Source: Podarcis bocagei (lineage: Eukaryota). From it: a stretch of DNA of 64,000 nucleotides. Within the stretch, counting starts at the first letter, position 1. Each line of letters begins with the position of its first letter. The notes beneath the pieces were generated by a model that searched no databases, was not told where the DNA came from, and saw nothing but the letters and a program-made list of their open reading frames with translations. Location: the NCBI GenBank assembly GCA_964188305.1, contig OZ076895.1. The stretch is one strand, 5' to 3'. The position numbers were made by a program, and so were the translations under genes. Shown here in pieces: positions 51,031 through 64,000 of this stretch.

Positions 51031-51710
51031 TCATGTATACAGATTCTTAAGTTAGAAGGGGGAAGTCATAGTATAATATAATTAAAGAACTTAAAAACGG
51101 CATACTCCTTGCCTTGACAGTTCTATTAAATTAAATTTAAAAACAAGAACCACCATCATATTTATCCTTATTAGGAGGGGAAGATTGGGACAAAATAACA
51201 GTATTTCTGGTGGAGTCAAGGAACATGAGTTTGTAATTTAAAGCAAGAGATTTGGATTGATTATCTTTCACTGATCACTATCTAGAGAACATACAACATA
51301 TTACTCAAATAGTTTTATACTAGAAAATGTATAAAAGTACTGTACAGGTCATAACCTACCTTCCATTCTTACTGATGGTCCCCATTAAGGCCATTTGAGC
51401 CAAATAAATGTATCATCTCCATTTCTTAGTTATGTATATTTTCCATTTGCAATAGATGGATCTCAACCAATACACTCAGTTTTATGTACCAATTTTAATA
51501 ATAGCATTTTTTAAAAAGCACCCATCACATAAACAGATCAAAGATCTATGGATCCTGTACCCCACAATCAGAAAGTACAATTAGGCCTTTATGTTACTTT
51601 ACCATGTAACAGCTATGGTTTCTGAGAATCAAAGGGAGATTTTGTTTTACTTTTTTAAAAATCAATTTTCCAAACCTTTCAAAAAAGATTGCTGCAAGTA
51701 ATCAACATAC

Positions 51711-51785
51711 CTTTCTAGCATATAGTATATTAGACGAATCTAATGAATCATCCAGTGATCTCCAATCTACTATCACCTCAGTATC
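51711..51785 (-). CDS. TBC1D15: TBC1D15 exon 3
   Basis: DTEVIVDWRSLDDSLDSSNILYARK. Confidence 0.95.
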
Positions 51786-51976
51786 CTACAACACAAATTA
51801 TGCAATTATTCAAGTGACTCAACGCCATTAAGGTTTTACTTTTTTCTATTTACAAAAATAGCCTCCATTTACTTTGCACACTATGTATTTCGGTCGGTAA
51901 AACAATATCTTTGCAGGATAGAAAGGCATAAGGTAAAGTCACAAGAAACATAACACACAAAATATTGATTTAATAC

Positions 51977-52075
51977 CTTTTCTATGACTCTCAGTATCCC
52001 AGATAACAAACAATCCTGATCATCACTGTTTCCACTGGAGGAGTGAATGAAAACTCCTTCCTGTTCATATACAAC
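51977..52075 (-). CDS. TBC1D15: TBC1D15 exon 2
   Basis: VVYEQEGVFIHSSSGNSDDQDCLLSGILRVIEK. Confidence 0.95.
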
Positions 52076-53395
52076 CTAAAAAAAAAAAGTTAAGCAAAGT
52101 TGTTTCTTAAAAGCATTTTCTGACAATTTGATATCCTGAACTGGTTCTGTGGGGAGGGTCCAACCCAACCTGAGGACTTCCAATAGGGCAGAGGTGGGGA
52201 ACCCGTGGTCCTCTATATGTTGTTGGACTCCTACTACAGCTACAGCCAGTACTGACGATAGTCGGGGTGATGGAAGTTTTGGTCCAACAGCATCTAAAGT
52301 GCCACAGGTTCCCCACTTCTGAATTAGGGTGACAAGACCTGTTCTTCTCAATATGTGACACAATCATGCAAGAAACTGGGTAAGATTTCTGTTACAAGAG
52401 GCTATGGTCATGCCTCCTCATATGCTGATCCAGACAGGAAATTAAACAGAATTACATGTTTGCAGTGAATACTGCATTAGAAATCAGAAACAGAGAAATA
52501 AATATCAAAATATTAATGCATCAATAACTACATCAGCTTCAATTACCTTCATTCACAAAGGGAGAAACCAATACTGGATAAATGGCAGGCAAAGTGTGGG
52601 TGAATTGGTCGCTTTTCAGACAAACTATAGATTTAGTGTTATAGATTTAGTGTTATATATAGAAGCAGCAACAAGCCTTGGACTCAAACTCCTCTTTCAA
52701 ATTCCTCTCTTCCTCTAGCTCAGTCAATCAATGACATCAGAAGCATCCACTTCTACTTCAATCATCATTTTTCATTATGTTCAAACTGCAGGGAACTCCA
52801 ATTAGGTATAAGCTATCATTTGTTCAAACAACCCAGGATCAAACCACATTTTATTGTTCTGGCTTGTTAAAACACCCGTAATGTAAACCTGGGGCTATGA
52901 GAAAATATGCAACTCTCAAACTAACTTCATGCAGACTGCAAAGATGGGGTGGCAGAGAAACTGTACAATCTTCCAAATTCCACTCACTTTTGTCTCTGGC
53001 TCTACCCAGTATTGGCTATAGTCCTCCTGGTCAACTAGTCTTCATACAAAAATGTTCCACAAGCTCTGAATAGATTAAAATAATAAGCAGGTGTTCTGAT
53101 CTCCTCATGACCACACTGGAGGAGACAGCGTAGAGAAGTGTTTGAGTCGAAGGGTCACTATTGCTTGTGCATACAACACTGGACCGTTGCTTATATCTGA
53201 ACCAGGAAACCAACAACTAAAGATGATGTGGTGGGGGGATAATGAAGGAAGGCAGGTGAGTGACTACTGAGTGTGTGAGTGACTAAGACATAAAAGAAAT
53301 AATTTTGCTGAAGCAAACTGAACAGAAGCCTGTAACAAAAATTAATGCAACTCTTCCTAAATAAACAAATGCAAAAAAATCAAGAATATAATGTA

Positions 53396-53637
53396 CAGTG
53401 GTACCTCGGGTTAAGTACTTAATTCGTTCTTGAGGTCCATTCTTAACCTGAAACTGTTCTTAGCCTGAAGCACCACTTTAGCTAATGGGGCCTCCTGCTG
53501 CCACCGCCCCGCCAGAGCACGATTTCTGTTCTCATCATGAAGCAAAGTTCTTAACCTGAGGTACTATTTCTGGGTTAGCCGAGTCTGTAACCTGAAGCGT
53601 ATGTAACACGAAGCATATGTAACCCGAGGTACCACTG
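53396..53637. mobile_element. Tigger-like MITE, CAGTGGTACCTC family
   Basis: TIR cagtggtacctcgggtta ... taacccgaggtaccactg. Confidence 0.8.
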
Positions 53638-55053
53638 TTATTTATATTATTAAATTTGTATCCCACTCTTTTTCTTCTTAAGGAGCTACCTCTATCCTAT
53701 GTAGAAAAGCATCCCAAAGAGAGCCTGTTGGGCCATTGCAAAAAGCCCCAGCTTTCTGCCTACTACAAATACACACACGCACACAAAATGTTCAGCCTAG
53801 GAAGAAATCTGCATAACTCACAAACTTGCTTATTGCCTGCATGTGACTTGGCAGTTGGTCCTATAAAGTTATTAACATACATACTGTTAACTTTGAATGT
53901 ACAGGAAGGCTCAAATGCATGCTCAACTATGAAGGTCACTTTGACCAATCACTATCTCTGAGCCCAACTCAGAGTAAAATACATTTGGGAGTGAAAGACC
54001 ACATATGCCACTCCAAGCTCCTTTCAGGAAAAGGATAAAAATGTAACAAATCAAAAAATAACAAACAGAGCAAATTAAAAACACAAATTCTACAAATTTT
54101 GAAGCAGGCAGCCTCGGCTTTCACCATTACCACAACTGTGTTATTTGTCACAACTGTTTTCAAAAGTATCTTTATTCTCCTTCAAAAGCATTACACTGAT
54201 ACTTTGTGTAACAAAACAGAACAAAATGAATCACTGCAACAATCCAGAATGGCAGTTTCAATGTAACAGTGATAGAAGGAAAGCCAGCTTCTGCTGCCTT
54301 CTCAAAATAGACAAATTATTAATTTAGTGTTCTTATTAAATTCACTTGCACCTTTGCTCAGGTAGGTACACTGTCAAAGCACTTGTAGGTGGGTGCATAT
54401 GAACAAATATATCAGCTAATTAAACTATTCATGCAATAAACAGGAATTAAGTTTCGCTTAAACTTGCAGCTATTAGGATAGTGGGACGAACAAAGAAAAT
54501 GTAGGAGACTACTTTTTAATTTCATTCTCTAGCACAAGGCACAAATCAGCTAATATACACAAGATTTCAGGCACAGATTGCAAGATAATTGAGAGTGGAA
54601 GCATGCATGCCTCAAGGAATTTAGAAGGAAAAAAGGTGTACATACAAAGAGCTAGGAAAGGTAATGTAAAATTAAAGTCCAATACAAAATTGGCCTTGGG
54701 GCAGCAAACTAAATTATACATATACCTGTACCTTCCCCATGTTTTTCAGTCTTGCTGCCCTGAGGAAAATGAACTTTTCTGTTATAATTTCTCTCATGCT
54801 AAATTAGGTATGGCAATGGTCCGATATAACATCCTGGATAAAGGTTTTTCACTAGGAAACATGTACAATCCTTTCTATTCTCTGTGTGTCTTAAAGAGTT
54901 AGGTCACTCATGGCTGGTTCCTTAAGGCAACAGGGGCACTGCCCCACCAAACTCAGTCTGTTCTTAGCCCTACCTGCCTACCTTGTTACTTGCGACTGGT
55001 CCAGCTTATTCATTGGCACTGGTTATCATCTTGCCTCAGTTTTGCCCTTAGAG

Positions 55054-55577
55054 CAGTGGTTCCCAGTTAGGGGTCCACAGCACCATCCCCTGCCAGGGAC
55101 TCACTTATCTTGTTAATTGCACAGTGAAAGCCACAATGGTGATCCATGGATCACCCAGCCTCTGCTAGCAACCAGTGCCTTGTGAAAGAGTTGCTGGATG
55201 GCAAGTGAGCTGGGATTACCTCTGACACAGTTTCTTTGGGCTCTTGCAATTAGAGGGGAGAGAGAGCGAGAGAGCGCAAATGGCTTGCTCCACAGGGCAG
55301 GTTCACATGCTTATCATTTTAAAAATGCAAGGGATGCCTTCCCCTTGCTCTCTACTTTTTAACAAAAAAGAACTTCTAACTGCAAATTTTATGGCCTTTT
55401 TTTTTTTACCTAAAATTCTTTGCTTATTAGGGGCCATCCCACATTTTCTTCAAAAAAAAAAAATGCTTTGCACAGGTAACTACCATAGAGTTATCAAAAT
55501 TTTCAAAAGTAGCGGGTCTGTGGCTTGGCTTTTGAAAAATAGGGAATCCCCAGTAATTAGCTAATTGGGAACCACTG
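55054..55577. mobile_element. hAT non-autonomous element
   Basis: cagtggttcccagttag ... ctaattgggaaccactg; 8-bp TSD ccttagag / ctttagag. Confidence 0.78.
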
Positions 55578-55749
55578 CTTTAGAGAATTCAACAGGAAGG
55601 ATAGAGCAAAACTAGAATTTGCTCTGCTGGGCATTGGCTCTGGCTCCACCTACTGTCAATCTCCCTGCTTTCCACCCCATCAATACCATGGGCACCAGCC
55701 ACCCCTGGGTTAAGTACAGAAATACACAGCTTTATCAATCTACAGCTAC

Positions 55750-56290
55750 AAAAATCCTAACTTCACATCAACAGAGAGGGTCTGAATTTTGAGTGACTGA
55801 TCAAGAAAGAGTTCCAGGGTTAGTGGTGGATAGCTCAACAAAAATGGCAACTCATTGTGCAGCAGTAGGGTTTTTTTTAAAGCTACAAATAAGAAAGGAA
55901 GTGAAAATAAGACAGCCATATCTCAATACCTTATATAGACCTACAGCACAGCCACATTTAGAATACTATATCCTTTTTTGAGACGACAATTGCACACAAT
56001 AATAATTGAAAAAGTGAAGAACATGGCAGCCAAAATATTCAAGAGCCTGAAGCAGTTTCCCATCAAAAGGCTAAAGAATTTGGGGCTTTTTAAGTTTTGG
56101 GAGAAATGTGAATAATGGGGAACATTATAAAAGTTTATAAAATAATGCAAGGTATGGAGGAAGTGGAGCTATATTTATCTCACTTTTATAATACCAGAAC
56201 TTACAAGTAATACAATGAAGTGAATTAGAGTAGATTTATGGTAAATAAAAGAAAGTACCTTTCCATATAACATGTAATTAGCATATGGAA
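55750..56290 (+). mobile_element. Old CR1 LINE fragment
   Basis: Resembles the 3' part of 50200-51030 (gatagctcaa..aaaatg, ccacatttagaatact). Confidence 0.55.
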
Positions 56291-56899
56291 GCCACTATGC
56301 TGAAATCTCAATGCTGTCTTGGAAATGCAACACCAAATGTGTCTAAGTCACTTCTCCAAATCACACTGTTAAAGCAATCATAGTGAAAATTACACCACTG
56401 TAGTGAAAGATTGCCTTCTATAAAAATGCCCCTGCTCCTTCAGTGTTTCACATCCTGACATTAAAATCACCACCAGGTCATCAACCTGCCATATTTCTCA
56501 GCTGCCCTGCCTCTTAAGAACATTTCACTTTACAAGACAGCCAAGTTAACCTCATGAATCATCTTACCAGAAAATAATAATGACACTCTGACAGTAAATG
56601 TCAACCACAGTAAATTTTAACAACGCAACAGCTGGTTCCTGATAACAGTAGTTCAAGAGCCTTTAGTGACACAAGACCGATTTAGTTTGGCTTCCTAACA
56701 GGCTTTAAAAAACAAAACAAACAAAAAACCCTCTTTGGGACACAGAGTACAAGAAGTGAGAAAGCAGCGAAAGGTTTGGACAGGTTCCCTCTCCAGGAAT
56801 GCTGGTGTGAAGCGGCTATCTTGTAAAACTGGATTAATAATTGAAAAGTGTAAAAGGAGGAATGGCAGAGAAGGCTGTGTAAATTATTCAGCCTTAAGA

Positions 56900-57660
56900 G
56901 ATGTTTTCTTCGGAGGAAACCCGCCTTGCCTGCCACCTCCAGCCTGGAGGGCTTCACGCAGCCTCAGCGCAGTAGCACAACCCCCTGGCCTTACCAATTC
57001 CACGTGTAAGAGTCTTACCTCTCTCAGCCAATCAGGTTAAGAAACAGCCCGCCTCCCGCCAAAGACCCCCCCCCTTTCCTAACGGCCCACCGCCAGCCAA
57101 GCCAAAGGCCTTTCCCCGCACCGCCAGGCAGGAGCACCGAGTCATTCCCATCCTCTCTCCGCACCGCCCCCATCAACTATGCAGTATCTGGGGGTCAGCG
57201 AAGGGAGAAGCAGCCTCTCCCACCCCCGGAGCCCTTCAGGGAACCCTCCCAGCCGCCACCGCCTCCCCACAGCGGGTCAAAAGCTCCCTTCATCCTCCCT
57301 TCCTCTTACCTTTCCGCTCCCAGGAGCCGCCATGTTGGCTACGAGTGTTTATGATGACGTTGCTCTCTTCACGTGCTCCCTAGCAGCTCCACAACAACTC
57401 CCCGCCCGGCCCCGCCTCGGAGGGACGCATGCGCACCGCGGCGGGAAGGGAAGGCGGGGGAAGCGGCGGGAAGCAAAGGAGAAAAGGGTTCTGCGCAGTA
57501 GGTACCGGCGGAAACTGACGGAAGTTGCCGAACGGGCGAAAACCATGAATCCGGGCGGTGGAGGGAGGCTTCGATTGGATGACGTCGAGTGTGGGCGTTC
57601 CCTCTTAAGGCGGGTCTAAAGTGTGGCTCCTGTTAAGGCGGCGATCTTACCATGCGCCGC
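56900..57660 (-). promoter_or_regulatory. CpG-island promoter of TBC1D15
   Basis: High GC and CpG; YY1-like CAACATGGCGGC over the ATG, NRF1-like cgcatgcgc (about 57426), ETS ggaag/cggaa repeats, CRE-like tgacgt (57355, 57580). Confidence 0.85.
57310..57333 (-). CDS. TBC1D15: TBC1D15 exon 1 (coding part)
   Basis: gccaacATGGCG Kozak context; MAAPGSGK|gtaaga; phase 0 joins exon 2. Confidence 0.92.
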
Positions 57661-60600
57661 TTTGGAAGTAATTCCTTGCTTTCTATGAGACATAGCTCTA
57701 CACACATTCTATAGTAACAGTGAGGTGATCCCTGCCTATTACTGGGATTTTATTCTGATTACTCGGGTGGCCTGTTTGTTTCCAGGCTCCACTTAAAACT
57801 AATGGTTTTCCTTTTTAAATTGATTAATGGCCTGGGTCCATGCTGCCTTCAAAGGCCACCTGCATCATCCATATGAACCTGAAGATAAGTTTCGGAGGTT
57901 TTGCTTCCTGGCCTCCACATTGCCACTGGAACCACAGTTGGCAGATGCCAGGAACAGGTGGCTATGGAGCAAAGATGGAAAGGGAGAGAGAAAAGAGGGC
58001 AAGAAAACCTACAAACTATGCATCCAGGGCGCCCAGAACAACAAGTATTTTCAGCTCACTTTCTCTCTGCCTTGCGCTAAATATTAGTAGCACAAGCTGT
58101 TAACTAGTGCTCTGCCTAAGAATTCACCTTAGGTACCTTGTCTCCTAAAGATTTGCTCAATGTGGGGACTGTACCAGGCAAGAGCCTGAGCCAGTATGAC
58201 AACGCAAACCGTGTCGCATGCTACTATCCTTTTCAGTGTGAGACCCTCGTTATCTCTTAATCTCTTCTTATAAGGCTTACTCTGCACTTTCTTCCTGCTG
58301 CACACAGCTACCACAACCACACACCCCTCAGTTTGGCCATTCAGTAGTCCTGGTGAGACCCAAAAGCACTGTACCTACCAGTAAATCAATGAACACGTAT
58401 TAACATCACTAAAGATCAGCATCTAAAGATCCAGGCCTGCATACAGAGCACCTATTGTATGTGTGCATTGTAAGTGCACACTGAAGTTGCACATCAGTGG
58501 GAAAATCCATACCACCTTCTTGGAAAATGTACATCTAAACAACCCCTTTATTAATCACAAGTGCTAGGAGTGCAGGGGTCTTGCAGAATCTTGCATGGAG
58601 TATTAGTGAATCTGACACTGCTAAACTGTTATTTTTCAACTAGAAAATAATTACAGCTCTTAGCTGATAATAACTTGAAGTAATTATCCTGTCATTTATA
58701 GCAGCCATTCGGGTTTTTTTTTTTTTTTTTTACACAACTATAGTATGAATGTCCAGAGTTCAATCAGCCAAGCACTCTGGCTGATGAGGTCAATGACTGT
58801 GGCCATGGCATTTATCTCTATTTCCTAAAGGGGAGAGATCTCTTCTAGAATATGGTTTCAACTTTCATGGGTCCATATTAGCATGTCTGATGGACTTCTA
58901 GTTCATGCACTTTCACACTGGAGTGTGCAGTGAGGAAGAGACTCAAATTCATTTCGGAACAGACAGCAATTGACAAAATCAAGTAGGAACATAACCACTT
59001 CTATTAGGACCTGCCCTAATTTACAAGGCAGTGCTTAATCATTCGTTTCATAATTATTCTGTAACAGTGTATTGAGGTGGGAAAAACAGGTGACTCATTT
59101 CACTTCAGCCCTGCCACTAGGACTCTAATATACTATCCTCTACTCAATTACCCCTCTGTATGTCTTTACTTCACACAAGCATGCATGACAGACCTCTTTA
59201 TGCCTTCTATTTTTCCTTCCAACTGTAATATGTTAAGAATCTGCACACGTGAACTATTTTTGCAGTGACAAATGCCACCACAACCCTGACTGCCATGCAC
59301 AACTACAAGAGAATGAAACAAAAAATACAAAATGAAAAGTTAACATGGAGTAAACAATTGAACTGGCAGTAACTAAATTAATCTGAACTAGTGTTGGTTC
59401 CCTTTGCACAGCCCCCATTTGGTATATACTGACATTTAAAAAAACAAATAGAAGTTCTAGGAAAAATAATTATTAATCCAAGGGACAACCAACCTAGACC
59501 CTGCATTTGTCATCTGAGGCCCTTTTCTGTGCAAAGGTTGGTGACACAAGTATTCTCAATGGTGGCTCCCCATTTATGGAATGCTTTCCCCAAAGAGGCA
59601 CACTCTTGGCACCATCATTATGTTTTTGACACCAGGCAAAAAAAGCTTTTTTAATCACCTTTGCCAACACGAGAACAGACTTTCTCAGTAGTGGTAATGA
59701 AGCGGGGGGAGGGGCAGTCAGATGGGAAGCATAACGATAAATTTTTAACATTACTATTATTATTAATGGAATAAAGTGTTACTGCGTATTCCTACATGGA
59801 AGCCCTACAAGTATGTAAAATGGAAAAAAATCTAATCAATCTAACCATTAAATGAACCCACAACTTTGTCTTACCCAATGTTCATCTGTGTTTGAGTTTG
59901 GAAGGTCTGGCACTTGTCAAAACATAAAGGGAATGGTGGTTTCTAAACTCATGCAACACTCCTGTGGACAAGCGTGATAAGCTTTGACAAATGCTTCTGA
60001 ATGAAACTCACACCACCAACCAGCTGAAGGAGAGCAAGAATGCAGTAACTAGGATCAAGGTGCAGTTATATTAGGTGGCTCAGAATTGTACCTAAAATAG
60101 ATTTCTGAAGGTGGGTTCTGCTTCTGTTAAGGATCTAACTACCTTCAGGATTATAAAGACTTCCCAAACCCCAGTCTGAATTAAGTGACTGGTGAAGCAG
60201 GAAGGGCTGCTTGAATCATCTGGAATTATTTTTCCACCATAGGATTTTCAGACTGATACACTAATTTCTTGTCCTACTTTGCAGTTTGATTTAAGATAGT
60301 TACAAGGGCCAAAGACTAATTTTTAGAGTCATTAACTTTAATGCAAATAAAGAACTGGCGGAAAGCCTTACCTTCTCAATCAACTTCAGATCCCTCTCTG
60401 TTTGAGCCTATGTCCATTTTGTTACTACCATGCTACACAGTATCCACTAGAGAAAAGTAGTTGTAAGTAAAAGGTACTAAATATGAATATTTAATGAAGA
60501 TAGAGTAGCTTACAGCAGCACATGGTTTAAGTCACAGTAACCAAACTAAACAGATGCACTTTAACAGATCATCTAACTTACAATTAAGGTCAATGGTACA

Positions 60601-61680
60601 GAGTACAATGTACATATTAGATTATAGCCACGTGTGGCAGCTAGTTTCTTCTTGTAAGCCTCACCTGATTTTCATACAACTTGTGAAAGATAATAAATCC
60701 ATGCAATGTTTTAGAAGACTAATCCTTAAAGCTTATATGCCAGGTTTTGGAGAGTGAAGTTAATAAGGTTGGTATCAAGTTTCTCAGTGCACCTTTATTT
60801 TTAGGTTTGAATGTGAATATCAATCACTGCACTACTGAAAATTCAAAGCACCACGTGACATTAGTATGAGGATCACACAAGCCAGTTTTCTAAGGCTAAA
60901 CCAAGTACTCCATTTTCCACACCAACATATACCCATTTAGCAAATAATACCTTCAGTGAAATTTTCTTCAGCATTCTACTTTAGCTTTACTCTTCTAGTT
61001 CCAATACAAGAACAGTTCCAGGTTATTTCCCAAATCTCTGTCCCTTCAGAAGATATTTTCTATATTCTTATTTGTAATCCCTCCTATTCAAAAACCAAGT
61101 GGATTTCAACAAAGCTGATACAAAACACATTGAGTTCTTTCCAATTTGAATGGCCTATTAAAAAAACCCCCAAAGAAAACTGTTGCAGCCAAGTTATTTT
61201 TCACTTATTTTCATTTCTTTAACTGGAAGAAAAGCTTGACAAGAAGAAGCAAGGATAAAAGAACAGACGTTTCGTGATCAGGTCTTGCTTAGTGATTATC
61301 AGATGGAAGCAGCCAAGTTTGTAAGATTCAATTCTTGTGTGACAAAAGCAGCTATAAAGCAGTTCAATATTTTAGGCATGTCAAACTTCTATTAGAAGAA
61401 ACAAGTGTAGAAGCAAATCACAACATTCCAACTAGATGTTTAGACCTTATGTGTTTAGAGACCTATACTTGCCAGAAAGTTTCTCCCAAAATATGTGAAC
61501 TTCAGAGCAAGCAAAAAGAATGGACATAATCTAGCAAGGATAAAAGTGAGCAGTCAATAATGAAGTTTGTTTCTTTTTCACCAACTGTTACTCACTTCAC
61601 AATCACTGACAAGACTAATGTACATATTTTTGCACCTGCACTTGTAAAAGCAGATAAAATATTTAATATGTAATTTACAA

Positions 61681-61686
61681 TTTATT
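61681..61686 (-). terminator. Candidate RAB21 polyadenylation signal (another at 60793-60798)
   Basis: Minus-strand AATAAA in the AT-rich 3' UTR about 490 nt after the stop. Confidence 0.35.
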
Positions 61687-62169
61687 TTTACCAGCATGGA
61701 GTACAGAATGAATATATCAAAGTAGTCAGACAGTTATAGGTTGACACCAACCCTGCAAAAATAGTATTCAGTATCTGCTAATTAAAAAGAAATCAATTTG
61801 CAATTTTGAAGTGATAACAGTTCAATCTACCACAAAATACAAAGGGCTGCAAAAAATGTCTCATTCCAATAGTGTATATAAGTTATTAAATAATGATCTC
61901 ATTTAAAATATAAATGAAGCCATAAGTCTTTCCCACATGCAATATTATTCATTATTGAAGAACTATGTAAAAAGGCCATTGGTTTGCTTTGTTAACCATT
62001 GTAGAAAATGCCAATTCTCTGGTCACATACTTCACTAGTTTAGCACTTAATGGTACTGAATTGTTAGAAATGATTTTGAATACTGTTAATTCCGATTCTC
62101 CACTGATAAAGAATGAGACTTTGAATACGGCAGTCTTCACTAAGGGGCAAGATACACAGTCTTATACAA

Positions 62170-62309
62170 TTATCCAGATGAGCAGCAGCCTCCGCTGGTC
62201 TGAGCTGCTGGTTCATCATCAATTATCTGTACTCCCCGCCTTGCAGTTCCTGACTGACTGGAACCATTGCCTCGTGCTCTCTCGTCGACTTGCGCTGTTT
62301 CTATCATTC
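62170..62309 (-). CDS. RAB21: RAB21 last coding exon
   Basis: ttctag|(R)MIETAQVDERARGNGSSQSGTARRGVQIIDDEPAAQTSGGCCSSG*; di-cysteine prenylation motif; synteny with TBC1D15. Confidence 0.96.
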
Positions 62310-63656
62310 CTAGAATTGAAGGATATTGCATTAGGTTAGTCACTCACTCATAAAAGCAATTTAAGTCACACTGGTTCAGTTTAGCATATTCATAATGTTT
62401 TACAAAAGAAGAAGCAGCAAGAGACTTCTGACAGATTTGCAAGCTAGCCATCCTAATATTTATAAATGGAAGGCTAATGTTAAATGCCCAGTACGTTCTT
62501 AGGCCAAGATAAAGGGTTGGCTTCAGATTAACTCCTGTTTAGAGAAGGTCCACTGAAATGAATGGGGCAACTTAATCATGACTATCTACTCCTAAAGCAT
62601 AACAAATTCTAAATCCATAAGGTTCAGCAGCTAGGTTGCTGGAGGTTGTACAAGTTCAGATGCAGTAATAGCTCACAAGTTTACCTACAAATTTATTCAA
62701 TTAAAAATGTATTTTGTTACCCTGAGATAGTAAATGGGACTGGTAGATTACTATTTTACTGGAGATCACTAGCCATAGATAATTCAACACCAGCAGTCCC
62801 ACCTGTCAGTGAGTATAGCACCAACTTTTCAGTATTGTTGGTTGTACAAAAAATCCTCAGGCTTTGACTTGGGTGTCCATTGGGCATTACTTACAACACC
62901 ATACCAGAGGAAAATTTCACCATCCAACTGGGACACAGTAACTCAAATATGGATGTTCTATGATGTAGAATGTAAAGTGTTGTAGCCCAGGGCAATTTTA
63001 CCCAAGAAGTTGCCAACCTCCACTTTTGAAAAACTTGACTATGCAGCACAATTTAAAAAAAAAATCCTGGGCCAAGAGGTGACATCACAACTTAAGTCTC
63101 AACATTTTAACATAGATGTAGTTTTCATTGAAATACAAGAATCCAGCTAAGTAGGGTCCTTTACCTTTACGGAACTTAGCTGTATAGATTAAGCAGATGT
63201 TATTTAAGAGAAAGATGGCCAATTCAATGTAGTAAGAGTTTAACATGCAATAAAATCCTACAATGTGCATAAGTATTCAAAACTGTATAGTGACATTCAT
63301 GTAGCACAAGGGTAGGGAATCTTTTCTGGCCAGATCCTTATTTCCACATTCCTGGAGGCAAAATTTGACAAGTGGACAAGGTCATCCACCTATTAAACAC
63401 CCAATGTCACAGTGGCATCAGATGCTGCTGTACTTGGAAGCCCTGACTGTCAGGACTTTAATGTGCAACATGGGATTCTTTGAAAGCCCTTTTCCAAAAA
63501 GCCCCATGGTGCTCTATAGATTTCCAAAAGTGAGAGATTTAAACAGCAATGTATGGCTGTTTGCAAAAGGGCTTTTAAATAGCCTTGCACTGCACTCTGC
63601 AGTCCCAACAGTCAGGACTTCAAAATGGAACATCTGACATCAGCAGAAGAACAGGC

Positions 63657-63735
63657 ACACAGCAAAAATGAGCAGGATTTAATCTCCACTTGTCAGTTGA
63701 TGAGCAGAGATTAAATCCTACTATTTTTGCTGTGT
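63657..63735. repeat. 79-bp near-perfect palindrome in the last RAB21 intron
   Basis: acacagcaaaaatgagcaggatttaatctccacttgtca-gt-tgatgagcagagattaaatcctactatttttgctgtgt. Confidence 0.8.
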
Positions 63736-64000
63736 ACACCAGTTCCCAGTAGGGGAGCAAACATGCACAGTCAATGCAAAATCAAACCCTGCCCTGCTCT
63801 GCCCATCAGCCTACCTCCCCTCCCCTCAGAGTAATAGCTTATTGGCAGATAGGCAGGTTTGACCCAGTGGTGGGCCAAGCTTAGCCTGTGTGCTGGAAGC
63901 TCTGCACCCCTAATGAAGAGCAAAAACATCCATCTGGACAGAAATGCTGTGCCAGCTGCATCTAAATAGATTAAATGTTTATGAAACACAAGTTATACCA

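Larger units (their letters stand above)
35011..57333 (-). other. TBC1D15: TBC1D15 gene span (17 coding exons, 1992 nt, 663 aa Rab7 GAP)
   Basis: All exons GT-AG and phase-compatible; TBC domain with IxxDxxR and YxQ fingers intact. Confidence 0.97.

Noticed and set aside
57179-57619. 146-aa + strand ORF over the TBC1D15 promoter
   Set aside because: Stop-poor GC-rich CpG island; low-complexity R/P/G product

Overview
Vertebrate genomic DNA from a squamate reptile, probably a lacertid lizard (inferred from the Sauria-SINE and MITE families present). It holds the conserved RAB21-TBC1D15-TPH2 block, all on the minus strand: the last coding exon of RAB21 (62170-62309), a complete 17-exon TBC1D15 (57333 to 35011; 1992 nt CDS, 663 aa) with a CpG-island promoter, and exons 1-7 of TPH2 (31174 to 2236; the gene runs off the left edge). 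All exon boundaries were read from the sequence and their phases join. Main points of interest: (1) an internally deleted Ngaro/DIRS-type tyrosine-recombinase retrotransposon in TPH2 intron 4 that carries an SGNH-hydrolase ORF with all four catalytic blocks, co-oriented with TPH2; (2) a GC-AG TPH2 intron 3 that lacks the GT donor used for mammalian TPH2b; (3) a split REST/NRSE site in the TPH2 5' UTR; (4) phase compatibility that would make a TBC1D15-TPH2 read-through fusion in frame; (5) solo LTRs with intact TSDs, many hAT and Tc1/mariner MITEs, and several fold-back structures. I found no clearly novel protein-coding system. The Ngaro-SGNH cassette is the most unusual element, but that architecture has been described before.
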